Source: an uncultured Acidimicrobiaceae bacterium (GTDB lineage Bacteria; Actinomycetota; Acidimicrobiia; Acidimicrobiales; CAIXPF01). Taken from it: a stretch of 64,000 nucleotides of DNA. The translations under genes were made by a program, and so were the position numbers. This document shows positions 46,723 to 56,337 of this stretch, one piece after another; within the stretch, counting starts at the first letter, position 1, and each line of letters begins with the position of its first letter. The notes beneath the pieces are model-generated. The model saw nothing but the letters and a program-made list of their open reading frames with translations. It was not told the origin of the DNA and did no database searches. The stretch covers positions 13,402 to 77,401 of the forward strand of contig CAVZHK010000001.1 in assembly GCA_963775055.1 (NCBI GenBank). The letters run 5' to 3'.

Positions 46723-47672
46723 AACACCAGATCGTCCAACGCCAGGCGGTAGCGCTTTGCCGGGCGCAGCTCACCCAGCTGCACTGCGGCCACACGCCAG
46801 TCCCCTAGATCCTGAGGCCACCGATCAAGCATGGGATCCACGACGCCGTCAACGCCGGCGCTGATGAGGCTGGTTCGTCCGTGGGGTTCCAGACGGAGCC
46901 AGAGGCAGTGCCAGGTCCCCGCGGTCAGCCCTCCGGCACCGACCTGGTTGACGCGCCCGAGATCGTTTCTCAGGCCGAGATGGCCGTCGGCGCTCACGAA
47001 CAGCCCGCAAAGGGGTGCATCCCCCGCACCACGAAGCCGGAGAACACTGAGCGAGCTATCCGGCTCCTTCTCGTCGTACCGCACGTGCACCTGACAGGTC
47101 AACGAGGCCAAGGGGTCTGGCAGGCTCAGTTCGCCCCATGTCCGACCGTCAATGGTCTCGCCAGAGAGGGCCCGGGATCCCCCCCGCCCCATTCCCTGTT
47201 CCACGGTCAGTCCGCCAAGCTCCCAGCCCGTCAATGCGGCCTCGAAGTCTTCCCTCAAAAGTGCCGCAGGAACGGTGACCTGCAAGGGCGCTACCCGAGC
47301 GACAGCGTCTCCATCCTCATCAAGAGAAACCAACCGGTACGAATGGGTGTGACCCGGGCTGGCGTCGGTGTCCGCGAAACGCTTCACCCCATCATCAACC
47401 TGCTGCAGCAGCACACCGTCCCGTTCCACGCGTCGCGACAGGACCCGGTCGTCGCCCGCCGTCGTGTCCCATTCGATCACGACCGATCCCGGTGTTAGTC
47501 CCACCAACCGCAGTCGTCGCGCCGCGGCCGCCGACGGTGGCTCACCCGTGCCCCGCACGCTGACGAAACGCCGGGCCGTCCCAGAGCTCCGAACCACCTC
47601 GAAACCGATCGCGGTGCCTGCGGCCACCACTCCCACTGAGGTGACGCCGGCCACGAAAGCCCGGCGGGACAT
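46713..47672 (-). CDS. Tat-signal secreted protein: FN3-like domain plus a concanavalin-A-like lectin/LamG-type domain
   Basis: ATG 47672 follows GGAGGG. Tat motif SRRAFVAG. FN3-like segment LRLVGLTPGSVVIEWD...YRLVSLDEDGD. The C-terminal beta-sandwich assignment is tentative. Confidence 0.5.
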   Translation of the reverse strand: MSRRAFVAGVTSVGVVAAGTAIGFEVVRSSGTARRFVSVRGTGEPPSAAAARRLRLVGLTPGSVVIEWDTTAGDDRVLSRRVERDGVLLQQVDDGVKRFADTDASPGHTHSYRLVSLDEDGDAVARVAPLQVTVPAALLREDFEAALTGWELGGLTVEQGMGRGGSRALSGETIDGRTWGELSLPDPLASLTCQVHVRYDEKEPDSSLSVLRLRGAGDAPLCGLFVSADGHLGLRNDLGRVNQVGAGGLTAGTWHCLWLRLEPHGRTSLISAGVDGVVDPMLDRWPQDLGDWRVAAVQLGELRPAKRYRLALDDLVLWQ

Positions 47673-47713
47673 GCCCTCCACGGTGTTGACCCTGCCCGAG
47701 GTGCCCAGCGACC

Positions 47714-48835
47714 TCACGTGCGGAGATCCCCGTTGGGCATTTCGCCACGCTGGCGACGCCACACGACGATGACGGAGGCCACGACCAGCGCCACCAAGGT
47801 AGCCAGCACCACAAGGCGACGAGCTCCGCTGCTGCGCGAAACCACACCCTGCGGAGCACTCGAGTCGAAATCTCCAATGACGGGTGCCTCGGAGCCGGTG
47901 AGGCGGGCCAATTCCCGGAGCGCCTCGTCGCCGTGGCTCTGGCTCGGTTCCACATGGGTGTTCTCACTGAACTCGTTCCAGCTGATGAGTCCAATGGCGT
48001 CGGGCACCGAGCTCAGCGCGCCGTTGAAGGAATCCCGCAACGTGCGTCCACCGTGGCGAAGCACCTCACGATCGCCGCCGACCAATTGCGCATCGAATCC
48101 GGGGGCCGCCGGCGCGATCCAGATCTGGCCATGGGAGCGCACCGCGTTGCCCATTTCCACCAACTTGGTCGGGTATTTCGGGTGGCTACCGGGATCCACC
48201 GAGGACCAGTAGTACAGATTGCCGTCAACCACGTCAGCCAACCGCTCGTAGCCTTCGACGCTCTTCTCAGAGGCCAAGATGAGCAGCTCGTCGCGTCGGG
48301 GCTCCGTGACACTGCCTATGGCTGCCGGATCATGCTCCCAGGTGCCGGTCCAGACCACCAAGGGCCGTTCGAATAGGCGGAACGGAGGCCGCCTTGACCA
48401 CCGTTCGGTGAAGAGATCGAGGTCATCTCCGACTTGGGCCAGCGGGAGAGGATCGCGGTTGAAATCAAGCCCCTGGTAGGTGACGGCCAGCCCGAAATCA
48501 GCCTCCTCGGCCACCCTCACCAGGGTGTCCAGCCTGGCATCGAGCCGCTCGCTGCTCTTCCAGCTCACGATGAACCCGTCGATTCCGGCTTGCTGTGCCA
48601 TCGCCACATGCCGGCTCATGACCGCCTCGTCATCGCTGCTGTAGCGACCGACCAAGGGAATGTCCTTCTTGGCCCGGTTCCAAGAGGTGGGGTCAAACCA
48701 GATGTAGTAATGGGCCAGAACCAACGGATCATCCGGTGTCGGGGCGCGGGCGTCGGCATCCGGGGCACCCACCAGGGCAACCCCTATCAACAGCAGCAAC
48801 GAGATCCCGACGGCCGCCGTCTTGTGCCGCGTCAT
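47714..48835 (-). CDS. GH99-like glycoside hydrolase-family protein with an N-terminal signal peptide and a C-terminal TM anchor
   Basis: LAHYYIWFDP.SW.....PLVGRYSSDDEAVMSRHVAMAQQAGIDGFIVSWK and ...LISWNEFSENT. C-terminal helix LVVLATLVALVVASVIVVW. Confidence 0.65.
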   Translation of the reverse strand: MTRHKTAAVGISLLLLIGVALVGAPDADARAPTPDDPLVLAHYYIWFDPTSWNRAKKDIPLVGRYSSDDEAVMSRHVAMAQQAGIDGFIVSWKSSERLDARLDTLVRVAEEADFGLAVTYQGLDFNRDPLPLAQVGDDLDLFTERWSRRPPFRLFERPLVVWTGTWEHDPAAIGSVTEPRRDELLILASEKSVEGYERLADVVDGNLYYWSSVDPGSHPKYPTKLVEMGNAVRSHGQIWIAPAAPGFDAQLVGGDREVLRHGGRTLRDSFNGALSSVPDAIGLISWNEFSENTHVEPSQSHGDEALRELARLTGSEAPVIGDFDSSAPQGVVSRSSGARRLVVLATLVALVVASVIVVWRRQRGEMPNGDLRT

Positions 48836-50619
48836 CGTCCGGGTGTCGCGGTAGGCGCAGGGTCGCCCGAACTGAGCGAGCCCGCTGACGCTGCCGACGA
48901 GATCAACTCGTCCGGCGACGTGGATGTCCCATGGGTCGACGCCGAATCAGGGTAGGCCATGTTGTGCAGCGCGATCGCCGCAGCCAATACCGGCGTCCAC
49001 CCGGCGAAGGGCTCACCGGTCTGACCTCTGGTGAAGGCCCCTTCACCGAGAGCAGCGCGAGTCTTCTCCACCTCCTCCTCCACGCAGCGCTGCCAATGCT
49101 GCAATGAGGTGATCTCGCTTTCGGCCCGATAGCGATAGCGCAATTCAACATGGGTCGGGTGACCGCCGGCCAAGCTCAAGCGGGCCATCGATCCAACGTC
49201 ACCCGGAAGGAACACCACGACGGGCAACGCCGGTTCAGCGTTGCCGCCCCCCGCTAGCGCTTCGTCGATGACCGCCATCAACTCACGCTCGCCCCGACGT
49301 CTCGTGACCCGCGCCGCTAGGCAATGCCCGTTCAGCTCATCCAAGGCTGCGATCACCCAAGGGCCACGCCGCGACAAGCGCCGTCTTGAGCGTGAGGCCA
49401 CCCGGAACGAATGCACATGCCACCACTGGGCATCGCCGTAGTCGTGCTCGGGCGCACCGTCGCGGCGGCCACCGCTCTCGGTCGGGCTCTCGTCACTGGT
49501 AATGCCCGCAGCCCGGTCCGGCTGCTGGCTCTCGGCCTTGTCCCGCCCCGGCCGCTTCGCTGACATGGCCCGTTCCATGGTCACCAGATCGATGACCCTC
49601 TGATCGTCGGACGCCAGATCGAGCAGATTCCCGGTGGACCGTCGGCGCCGTCTCAGCCAGCCACCGAGCGCGATCGGCCCGCCGATGCAGAACGCCAGAA
49701 CGACAACGGCCAGCGACACATCGTTCCAGGTGTAAAATTTGAGCTCCACCTGTTGGTCACGGGTGATGGAAACCGGCCGTGACAGCACCGGGCCCGAGCC
49801 GTTCACGACGATGTGATAATCGCCGCGGGGCAGCCGATCGATGCGCACCCGGCCCTCGGCATCGAGGCTGTATTGACGAATCTGGCCGTTCGGGAAGCTG
49901 AGGTCCACCGAGGTCCCGGCCACCGTGCCCAGCAGGGCGTCGCGCACCGTGAAATCAGCCGAAAAGAAGAGCAACTCGATTGGCGTCGGCGCCGCCACCG
50001 CCGGCTCGAAACGATTCGCGGCCCGGTGGACCACGGACGCCCCGCTGACGGACACATCCTCGATAGACCACAGGATTGGCCGAACCTGGGGTCCGGTCGC
50101 GGTCGAGATCACCCGCGACCCGTGTAGCCACATCGTCTCGTCGACGCGCTCTACCACCCGTCGCTCGCCGAGGGCGCTCTTGATGGTCAAGCTCTCGATG
50201 AGGCCGGGCTCCACCGCCGCCCCGGCACGGTCAACGAAGGACAGGTTCACGGCGTAGTCCACGTCGAACGCCAGCTGCACCCGTCCGCCGTTGGTGCCCA
50301 TGACGCGGCTGTAACGGGCTCGTGACCGATCGTGCACCGCCAACTCGCGGGTGTGCACCACCACCTGCTCCCTCGCCTCTTCCCGGGCGACGACAGACAG
50401 TGTGACCGAACCGTCGGGACCAGTGACCCCGCGTTCCTCACCGAGTTGCACCTCGACGCCGGCCAGTGGAGGAACGGTCTGGACGGTGACCGCCGAAGCG
50501 GCACCCTGCTGTCCCCCAGCGACCGGTGCCACTCCCTGCAGCAAACCCACCGTGGCGATCGCCAGCAGCGATGCCATCGATCGAGCGAGCACTGGCCCAA
50601 GCCTCACCCCGACATTCAT
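48832..50619 (-). CDS. bitopic membrane protein: extracytoplasmic beta-sandwich repeats, one TM helix, and a cytoplasmic domain of about 270 aa of unknown function
   Basis: Signal peptide, then repeated GPDG.V.L-type CarboxypepD_reg-like segments. TM helix [21 protein letters not shown] followed by RRRRR. ATGA overlaps at both ends. Confidence 0.55.
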   Translation of the reverse strand: MNVGVRLGPVLARSMASLLAIATVGLLQGVAPVAGGQQGAASAVTVQTVPPLAGVEVQLGEERGVTGPDGSVTLSVVAREEAREQVVVHTRELAVHDRSRARYSRVMGTNGGRVQLAFDVDYAVNLSFVDRAGAAVEPGLIESLTIKSALGERRVVERVDETMWLHGSRVISTATGPQVRPILWSIEDVSVSGASVVHRAANRFEPAVAAPTPIELLFFSADFTVRDALLGTVAGTSVDLSFPNGQIRQYSLDAEGRVRIDRLPRGDYHIVVNGSGPVLSRPVSITRDQQVELKFYTWNDVSLAVVVLAFCIGGPIALGGWLRRRRRSTGNLLDLASDDQRVIDLVTMERAMSAKRPGRDKAESQQPDRAAGITSDESPTESGGRRDGAPEHDYGDAQWWHVHSFRVASRSRRRLSRRGPWVIAALDELNGHCLAARVTRRRGERELMAVIDEALAGGGNAEPALPVVVFLPGDVGSMARLSLAGGHPTHVELRYRYRAESEITSLQHWQRCVEEEVEKTRAALGEGAFTRGQTGEPFAGWTPVLAAAIALHNMAYPDSASTHGTSTSPDELISSAASAGSLSSGDPAPTATPGR

Positions 50620-51962
50620 GACACACGCCTCCTGCGGGTGCTCACCAGACCGGCGCCCACCAACCCCACCGAAAGCAGGCCGACCCCGCCATAGGAGAGG
50701 TAGACCACACCCCGTCGGGGTCCTGCCGGCCGCAACGGATTGCGCTGGCGATCGAGCAGCACCGGGGCACGGGGTGGTCGGTCGAAATCGAACGCACCGG
50801 CGATGCTGTTGGCCGCCGCGTCACGGCTGGCCAACGGTTCGACCTTCCAGTTCTCCTCGATGAACTTCAGGATCGATGTGAAATCCAGCTCGGTGTGCTC
50901 GACGTGACCCTCTCGGGCGTAGGGGCTGACCAACAACGCCGGGGCCCGGAACCCATACCCGTACGCGTCCACCTGAGGCGGTGCCACATGGTCATACCAC
51001 CCACCCCAATCGTCATAGGTCCAGATGAACGCTGAACTGTCCCACGAGCTGCTCCGCATCAGTGCGTTGATCAGACTGCGCACGAAACGCTCACCAGCGG
51101 CGACGCTGCCGGGCGGATGTTCGCTGGCCCCCGACGGCACCATGTAGGACACCGCCGGGAGCTCATCGTTCTCCAGGTCGGTGAAGTACTGCTCCATGGG
51201 CACGATCTTGGCGTTCAGCTCGGGCCGATCCAAGAAGCGCGGGATGGTGAGCAGCGGCACCCAAATGATCTGCGCCGCTTGGTCACCATCGCCCGGAGTG
51301 CGAAACGTGATGGCGGGATCGTAATTCTCCACATAGAACTTCCAGGAGACATCCGCCGCCTCGAGCCGATCGAAGATGGTAGTTACCTGCTCGAAGCCGA
51401 CTGGGTCGAGGAGATCGTTATCCGGATTGCCAGGCTGGCCCGCCACCCAATAGAAGTGGTTCCACACCGACCCACCCGCGGCCGACGTGAAGAAGCGGTC
51501 GAACAGCACATAGTTGTCCGCCACGTTCCAGTAGAAGGGCAGGTCCTGATCGTCGTAATACCCCATGGTCTGCTCGCCCGCCGCGGGTCGTTCAAAAGCG
51601 GCCGCGAAACCATTCATCGCGCCGTCGGCGTATTGCTCCCTGAAGACGTCGTCGCTATGACCCAGGTCGATGATCGGATGATCATCCAAGCGAAACGGTT
51701 CAATGCAGCCGCTGGTTGGTTTGGCCGGCTCGCGCGGCAGGCAGGTGCCCTCCGGGAAACCATCGGCTCCAGGGTAGGTGCCGAAGTAGTTGTCGAAGCT
51801 GTGATTTTCCTGCATGAGCGTTATCACATGCTCGATGGGCGTACTCGTCTGCTGCGCTGAAGTGGCGTTGTCCTCGGCCGCGCTGACCCGATCAACCCCC
51901 ATCACGCTGCCCAGCGGAAGGGCCAGCAGCACCCCCGCCGCCAACCAGGACCGGCCCCTCAT
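50616..51962 (-). CDS. phosphoesterase family protein (phospholipase C / AcpA acid phosphatase family) with a C-terminal TM anchor
   Basis: [23 protein letters not shown] is the family hallmark. Also SEHP and [12 protein letters not shown]-terminal signal peptide and C-terminal hydrophobic helix. Confidence 0.8.
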   Translation of the reverse strand: MRGRSWLAAGVLLALPLGSVMGVDRVSAAEDNATSAQQTSTPIEHVITLMQENHSFDNYFGTYPGADGFPEGTCLPREPAKPTSGCIEPFRLDDHPIIDLGHSDDVFREQYADGAMNGFAAAFERPAAGEQTMGYYDDQDLPFYWNVADNYVLFDRFFTSAAGGSVWNHFYWVAGQPGNPDNDLLDPVGFEQVTTIFDRLEAADVSWKFYVENYDPAITFRTPGDGDQAAQIIWVPLLTIPRFLDRPELNAKIVPMEQYFTDLENDELPAVSYMVPSGASEHPPGSVAAGERFVRSLINALMRSSSWDSSAFIWTYDDWGGWYDHVAPPQVDAYGYGFRAPALLVSPYAREGHVEHTELDFTSILKFIEENWKVEPLASRDAAANSIAGAFDFDRPPRAPVLLDRQRNPLRPAGPRRGVVYLSYGGVGLLSVGLVGAGLVSTRRRRVS

Positions 51963-53956
51963 GGCCGGACCTCGTAGATCACAATCACCGGTTGCTTCAC
52001 GCCATCCACGTCAACGCTTTCGGTGTGGACCACGCGCCCGTGATAGCGCTTGGCGAAGACCATGAGCTTCTGCGCGAAGAAAGGCGACCGATCAGCCGAG
52101 AATGAATCCCAAACCAGGTAGTGGATCTCGCTGCTTCGCAGTTGGAGGTCGGCGTTCGGTACCGGCTCGTAGACGGGATTGCGGTGCAGCGGGTTCGGAC
52201 TCACCGATAGTCCGTAACTCTTGCGATGCCCGTAGAACTGCATCAAGTTGGCCATGGACGGACCAACCGCCAACAGGCGCGCACCCACCGGGACGTTCGC
52301 CGCCACCCAGGCTCCGGCCTCACGGCCACCCGGCACCCCTCCGGCCCCCGCCAAACGAGTGGTGCCCGGAGCCGCGGTCACCGAACGCCACGTCGGAACA
52401 AACAGGCTGAGTGCCACCAACCCGATGACCATCGGACGCAGCGCCACCGAAGCATTGAACCGGGGCAAACGTGGCACCGGCACCGCCATCAGCGCTCGGC
52501 CGGCCAGCACCGCCATCACCGGCGCGACGGGCAGGAGATACTGGAAGCCCTTTACCGGCCACAGCTGGAAGAACACGATGGGTACCGCGATCCAGCAGAC
52601 CAAGAGCGATTCGCGCCAGGTGCGCTGACGCCACAGCACAACCCCACCGGCCAGCGCCGTGAGCAGCACCAACCAGCCGAGCTGCGAGGGCACGACCGAG
52701 GGGTAGAACCGCCAGGAGTGATTCGGTCGACGGAACAGCTGCCAGGCCAGGAACGCTTCGCCGGTGCTGGACTTTCCCGAGAACGTGATCGAGAGCGGGA
52801 ACGGCAGCACCGCCAGCACGAACCCCACCATCGACAACATCAGGGCCCGCACTCGAACTCGTACGCTCGGCGCCATGGCGAAGAACGCATAAGCCCCGCC
52901 GACCAGCACAATGCTGGTCTCCTTGGCCAGAAACGTCAGTCCCAGGGCCCCTCCGGCGGCGACCAGCCAGACCGAGTTCTTGGTCGACGCGAAGCGTGCC
53001 AGCAGGTACAACGACACGGTCGCGAAGAACGTCATGGGGCCATCGAGCAACACCTGGCGGGTCACCACCACGTGGTAGGGCATGACCGCCAGGAGACCGG
53101 CGGCAACCATCCCGACCCGCCGGCCGTACAGCTCCCGACCCACCAGATAGCAGGCCCACACCGTCGCCAACCCGAAAGTCGCCGCCAGCAGCCTGCCCAA
53201 CAGTGGCGAGGTGCCGAAGCGGTACAGCAAGGACAGGGTGGTCTGAAACAACAGCGGATGGGCCCGGAAGATTGGGAAGTACGGGGTCAAGGCGCCGTCC
53301 CCGGCGATGGACGCCGCCTGGCCGGCATAGACCGCCTCGTCACTGTTGAAGCCCACTTCGTTCAGGTGCCACACCCGCACCACCACCGCGGGAACGGCGA
53401 TGGAGAAAAAGGCCACCACGCGCCAGCGCCACGGCAATGGTGGTTCGAGGGACTCGGGAGGCAACGACGGCTGCTGGGCGGTGTCCGTTCCCAGCGCTGA
53501 TGGCACGCCGCGGAATGTCCGGGCCGAAGGGGCCCAGATCATGTTGTCCGCAACCTTGTACCGCAGCACCACCAACGCGCCCAGCACCATCACGTTCGCA
53601 AGCAAGTAGTGCACGCCGAGCAACTCGACCAGCACCACCATGGCCGGACCACGTACCACCAACATGGCGTGGTTCATGGCGCTGAAGCGCAGGTACCGCA
53701 GCAACGAACGCTGCTGCGCGCCCCGTTCCCTGTACACCAACCGGTCGATCAAGAGGTAGTTCCACGTGGTCGAGGCCTGAGTGGATACGACGGCACCGAC
53801 CAGGTAGTGCAGGTGCAACCACTCCGCGGCCAGGGCCAGGACCAGCGTGTTGACCACCATGCCCGAAACGCCGATCGCCACAAAGCGCGAGAAGCGGGCC
53901 AGCCCGCGCCTCGCCAGTTGCCCTGGCCTTTCGAACTCGACGGTGGTGACGGACAT
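51959..53956 (-). CDS. GtrA-like domain fused to a GT-C (PMT_2/ArnT-like) membrane glycosyltransferase
   Basis: The N-terminal 140 aa carry [17 protein letters not shown]...YLL..LVY (4-TM GtrA pattern). They are followed by more than 10 TM helices with the [12 protein letters not shown] loop typical of GT39/GT83-type enzymes. Confidence 0.75.
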   Translation of the reverse strand: MSVTTVEFERPGQLARRGLARFSRFVAIGVSGMVVNTLVLALAAEWLHLHYLVGAVVSTQASTTWNYLLIDRLVYRERGAQQRSLLRYLRFSAMNHAMLVVRGPAMVVLVELLGVHYLLANVMVLGALVVLRYKVADNMIWAPSARTFRGVPSALGTDTAQQPSLPPESLEPPLPWRWRVVAFFSIAVPAVVVRVWHLNEVGFNSDEAVYAGQAASIAGDGALTPYFPIFRAHPLLFQTTLSLLYRFGTSPLLGRLLAATFGLATVWACYLVGRELYGRRVGMVAAGLLAVMPYHVVVTRQVLLDGPMTFFATVSLYLLARFASTKNSVWLVAAGGALGLTFLAKETSIVLVGGAYAFFAMAPSVRVRVRALMLSMVGFVLAVLPFPLSITFSGKSSTGEAFLAWQLFRRPNHSWRFYPSVVPSQLGWLVLLTALAGGVVLWRQRTWRESLLVCWIAVPIVFFQLWPVKGFQYLLPVAPVMAVLAGRALMAVPVPRLPRFNASVALRPMVIGLVALSLFVPTWRSVTAAPGTTRLAGAGGVPGGREAGAWVAANVPVGARLLAVGPSMANLMQFYGHRKSYGLSVSPNPLHRNPVYEPVPNADLQLRSSEIHYLVWDSFSADRSPFFAQKLMVFAKRYHGRVVHTESVDVDGVKQPVIVIYEVRP

Positions 53957-55911
53957 CAGGCAGCAGGCGCAGAGTCGCGAAGCTCAATCACCCGACGCCC
54001 GTTGATGAGATCGGCGATGGTGCTGGCCCAGCCCATGGTGGCGCTACGCACGACCAGCGCGTCGCGTCCATTGAGGGCGTCCACCAGTATCTGGCGTTCG
54101 GACTCACGAAGGTCCACACCCGAACGGAACCGCAGCACGGTTTCGAGCGACTCGTAAGGAGGAAACCCGTAGGCATCGTCGCAGTTGGCCACGAAGATGT
54201 CGATGGCCTCCTCGGAGCGGACCGGCACCAGCTCTTCTCTCTCGGACCGCTCGATGACGAAGAGCTGACGGATGCGCGCTGTTTGATCGGCCCGCACCCC
54301 CGGAACCAGGCGTTCCACGTGGTACTTGGGGGGCGGAATGAGCCACTGCACCGCGGCGTTGAGGCTGGCGACCGGAAATCGTCGGGAAGCGATGAGGAAC
54401 GCGAACCGCCGACCGGCCCGACTGTGCAACCGGCTCTGCAGCGGCAGGAAGAACCGTTCGATGCCGCCCAGTTCCGCGCTGCGTAGCGCGTGGACCGTGT
54501 GATGGCTGATGGTCAGCGGCTTGGGGTAGGTGAGCACCTGTCCACTGCGGTCAATGAGCGTGAGATCGTCGGAAAGGAACGAGAAATCGCCCTGGTCGAG
54601 GATCTTGAGCATGGTGGTGGTCTTGCCAGTATCGGTGCGAGCGGTGATGAGAAAGGCCTCGTCTCCCTGCGCGAAGCAGGCGGCGTGCACCAAGGCAAAG
54701 CCCCGTTCCACCAGCGCGAAGCGGAGGATGGGCTCCACGACATTGGTATACAGCACGTGCCGGGAGTGGGAGACCAGCGGCGATACCCAGGCGGTGGTGA
54801 CTTCGCCGATCTCGACCTCAACCACGAATCCGGCCTTGCCGAGCGTCTCCTGGTATCGCATGTGCGGGACCGCGTCGGACAATCCGACGAACTCCCCGCC
54901 CTCATCGCGCAGCTTGCGAACCTGGATAGCAGCCACGCCGTCCAGTTGCTGCACCCGGAACTTCTCCAACTCGGGCAACGGGAACTCCGAGGAGACAGAG
55001 ATGATCCCATGGATGTCGTATAGCGCCGGGCGCAGCGCCAGCGCAGCGGGGGCGGTCGCTCGGGCGGGCACACTCAGCGAGAGCAGTTGTCGGGCGAAGC
55101 GGCGGGCCTCACGCATAGAGGCCTTGGACAGGCCGGCGTAGCGCTCGCTGAAGGAATATCCCACCTCACTGACCCGCAGCTCCGGATGGCGACCCAGGAT
55201 TTCCAGCAGGATCTTGAACCCGTTGGGCCGCAACCGCTCCACGTCAATAGCTCCTCGTCGCACCAGGAAGAACCCGCTCAGCGGATCGGACGTACCGGAC
55301 AGTCTGGTGTGGAGCAGGGCCTTGGCAGCCTGAGCACAGCCACGTGACATCATGCGCCGCGAGGCCGACAAACCCTCCTCTGATCCACCGTTGCTGTACC
55401 GGGTGGCGACCACGACGTCAGCACCGTCCGCTTCGCCCTGGGCCATCATCCGCATGATCAACTCCGGCGGGTGCTGAAGGTCAGCATCAAGCACGCAGAC
55501 CCATGGTGCGCGTGCCACCCGCATGCCCTCCGTCACCGCTGTGCCAAGTCCGCCGACTCGACGGGCAAAAGGGCGGTGCAACAGCCGGATCTCGGGTCTC
55601 TCGATCCCGTCGTGTTCCACCAGCTGGCGAATTCGATACGCGGTGGCATCGTCGCTGTCATCCACGAAGATGACCTCAGCGGACGGCGGCAGCACGTGGG
55701 CCAGCCTTTGCATAAGGGTCTCCACGTTGGCGACCTCGTTGCGGGTCGGGATCACAATGGAGATCTCGGGCTCGCCGGGGCTGGCCGGCATGGTCCTGGT
55801 CTGGCCGTTCAGCACCGTGCGAAGCTCCCCGGTCGGGCGTTCCGTGCTCTCGACAATCAACGTGCTCTCCCTCATCCGTGAGACGGAGGCCTGCGTTGCG
55901 CGCTGAACCAA
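53956..55911 (-). CDS. GT2 polyprenyl-phosphate glycosyltransferase (DPM1/GtrB-like) fused to an HprK-like P-loop domain
   Basis: ISIVIPTRNE, VIFVDDSDD, VLDADLQHPP and DPLSGFFLVRR mark the GT2 domain. The C-terminal part has LVHAACFAQGDEAFLITARTDTGKTTTMLKIL..G..FLSDDLTLID, resembling the HPr-kinase C-domain. The start codon is uncertain (55911, 55875 or 55791). Confidence 0.75.
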   Translation of the reverse strand: MVQRATQASVSRMRESTLIVESTERPTGELRTVLNGQTRTMPASPGEPEISIVIPTRNEVANVETLMQRLAHVLPPSAEVIFVDDSDDATAYRIRQLVEHDGIERPEIRLLHRPFARRVGGLGTAVTEGMRVARAPWVCVLDADLQHPPELIMRMMAQGEADGADVVVATRYSNGGSEEGLSASRRMMSRGCAQAAKALLHTRLSGTSDPLSGFFLVRRGAIDVERLRPNGFKILLEILGRHPELRVSEVGYSFSERYAGLSKASMREARRFARQLLSLSVPARATAPAALALRPALYDIHGIISVSSEFPLPELEKFRVQQLDGVAAIQVRKLRDEGGEFVGLSDAVPHMRYQETLGKAGFVVEVEIGEVTTAWVSPLVSHSRHVLYTNVVEPILRFALVERGFALVHAACFAQGDEAFLITARTDTGKTTTMLKILDQGDFSFLSDDLTLIDRSGQVLTYPKPLTISHHTVHALRSAELGGIERFFLPLQSRLHSRAGRRFAFLIASRRFPVASLNAAVQWLIPPPKYHVERLVPGVRADQTARIRQLFVIERSEREELVPVRSEEAIDIFVANCDDAYGFPPYESLETVLRFRSGVDLRESERQILVDALNGRDALVVRSATMGWASTIADLINGRRVIELRDSAPAA

Positions 55912-56337
55912 AGCTCGCCCAGTGGGCGCTCTCTCGCTGCACGCTCCGCCCGACCGCCGCGCCCATTCCGATGCAGATGAAAAAAGCTCCGCCTAGAAGC
56001 CCTGCATCGGAACGCCGCGGGCGTCCGCTGATCCTTGCCGCCTCTTGTCTGTCCGCCGCCTCGAGAACGTCTTGTTCTGCCGAAGCAAGGTGAACCCTAG
56101 CCAAAGCTTTCGTTAACCGGCACCAGCTTGAGATTACGGTTGGGTTGAGAATGCGGTCCCGACCCGCGACAACTTCCGGGGGTAGCCGGCTCGGACAAGG
56201 CATCGGTGCATCGCGGGGACCGCGGCGATAAGCTGCCGAAACGACTGGGTTGGACGGCGGTGTTCGTTCAGGCGGGACAGGGCGAGCGCGGGGCCAGAGG
56301 GTAAGGCTTCCATCGCCCATCAGGGATTGAGGCGGGC

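Noticed and set aside
52226-53500. 424-aa plus-strand ORF opposite the GtrA::GT-C gene
   Set aside because: His/Arg/Gln-rich shadow. The minus strand encodes a coherent polytopic membrane protein.
56089-56118. PhoP-type PHO box (GTTCACC direct repeats) in the envelope-cluster control region
   Set aside because: The two GTTCACC-like heptamers are inverted relative to each other and 16 nt apart. They are not 11-bp-phased direct repeats, so a PHO-box call is unsupported.
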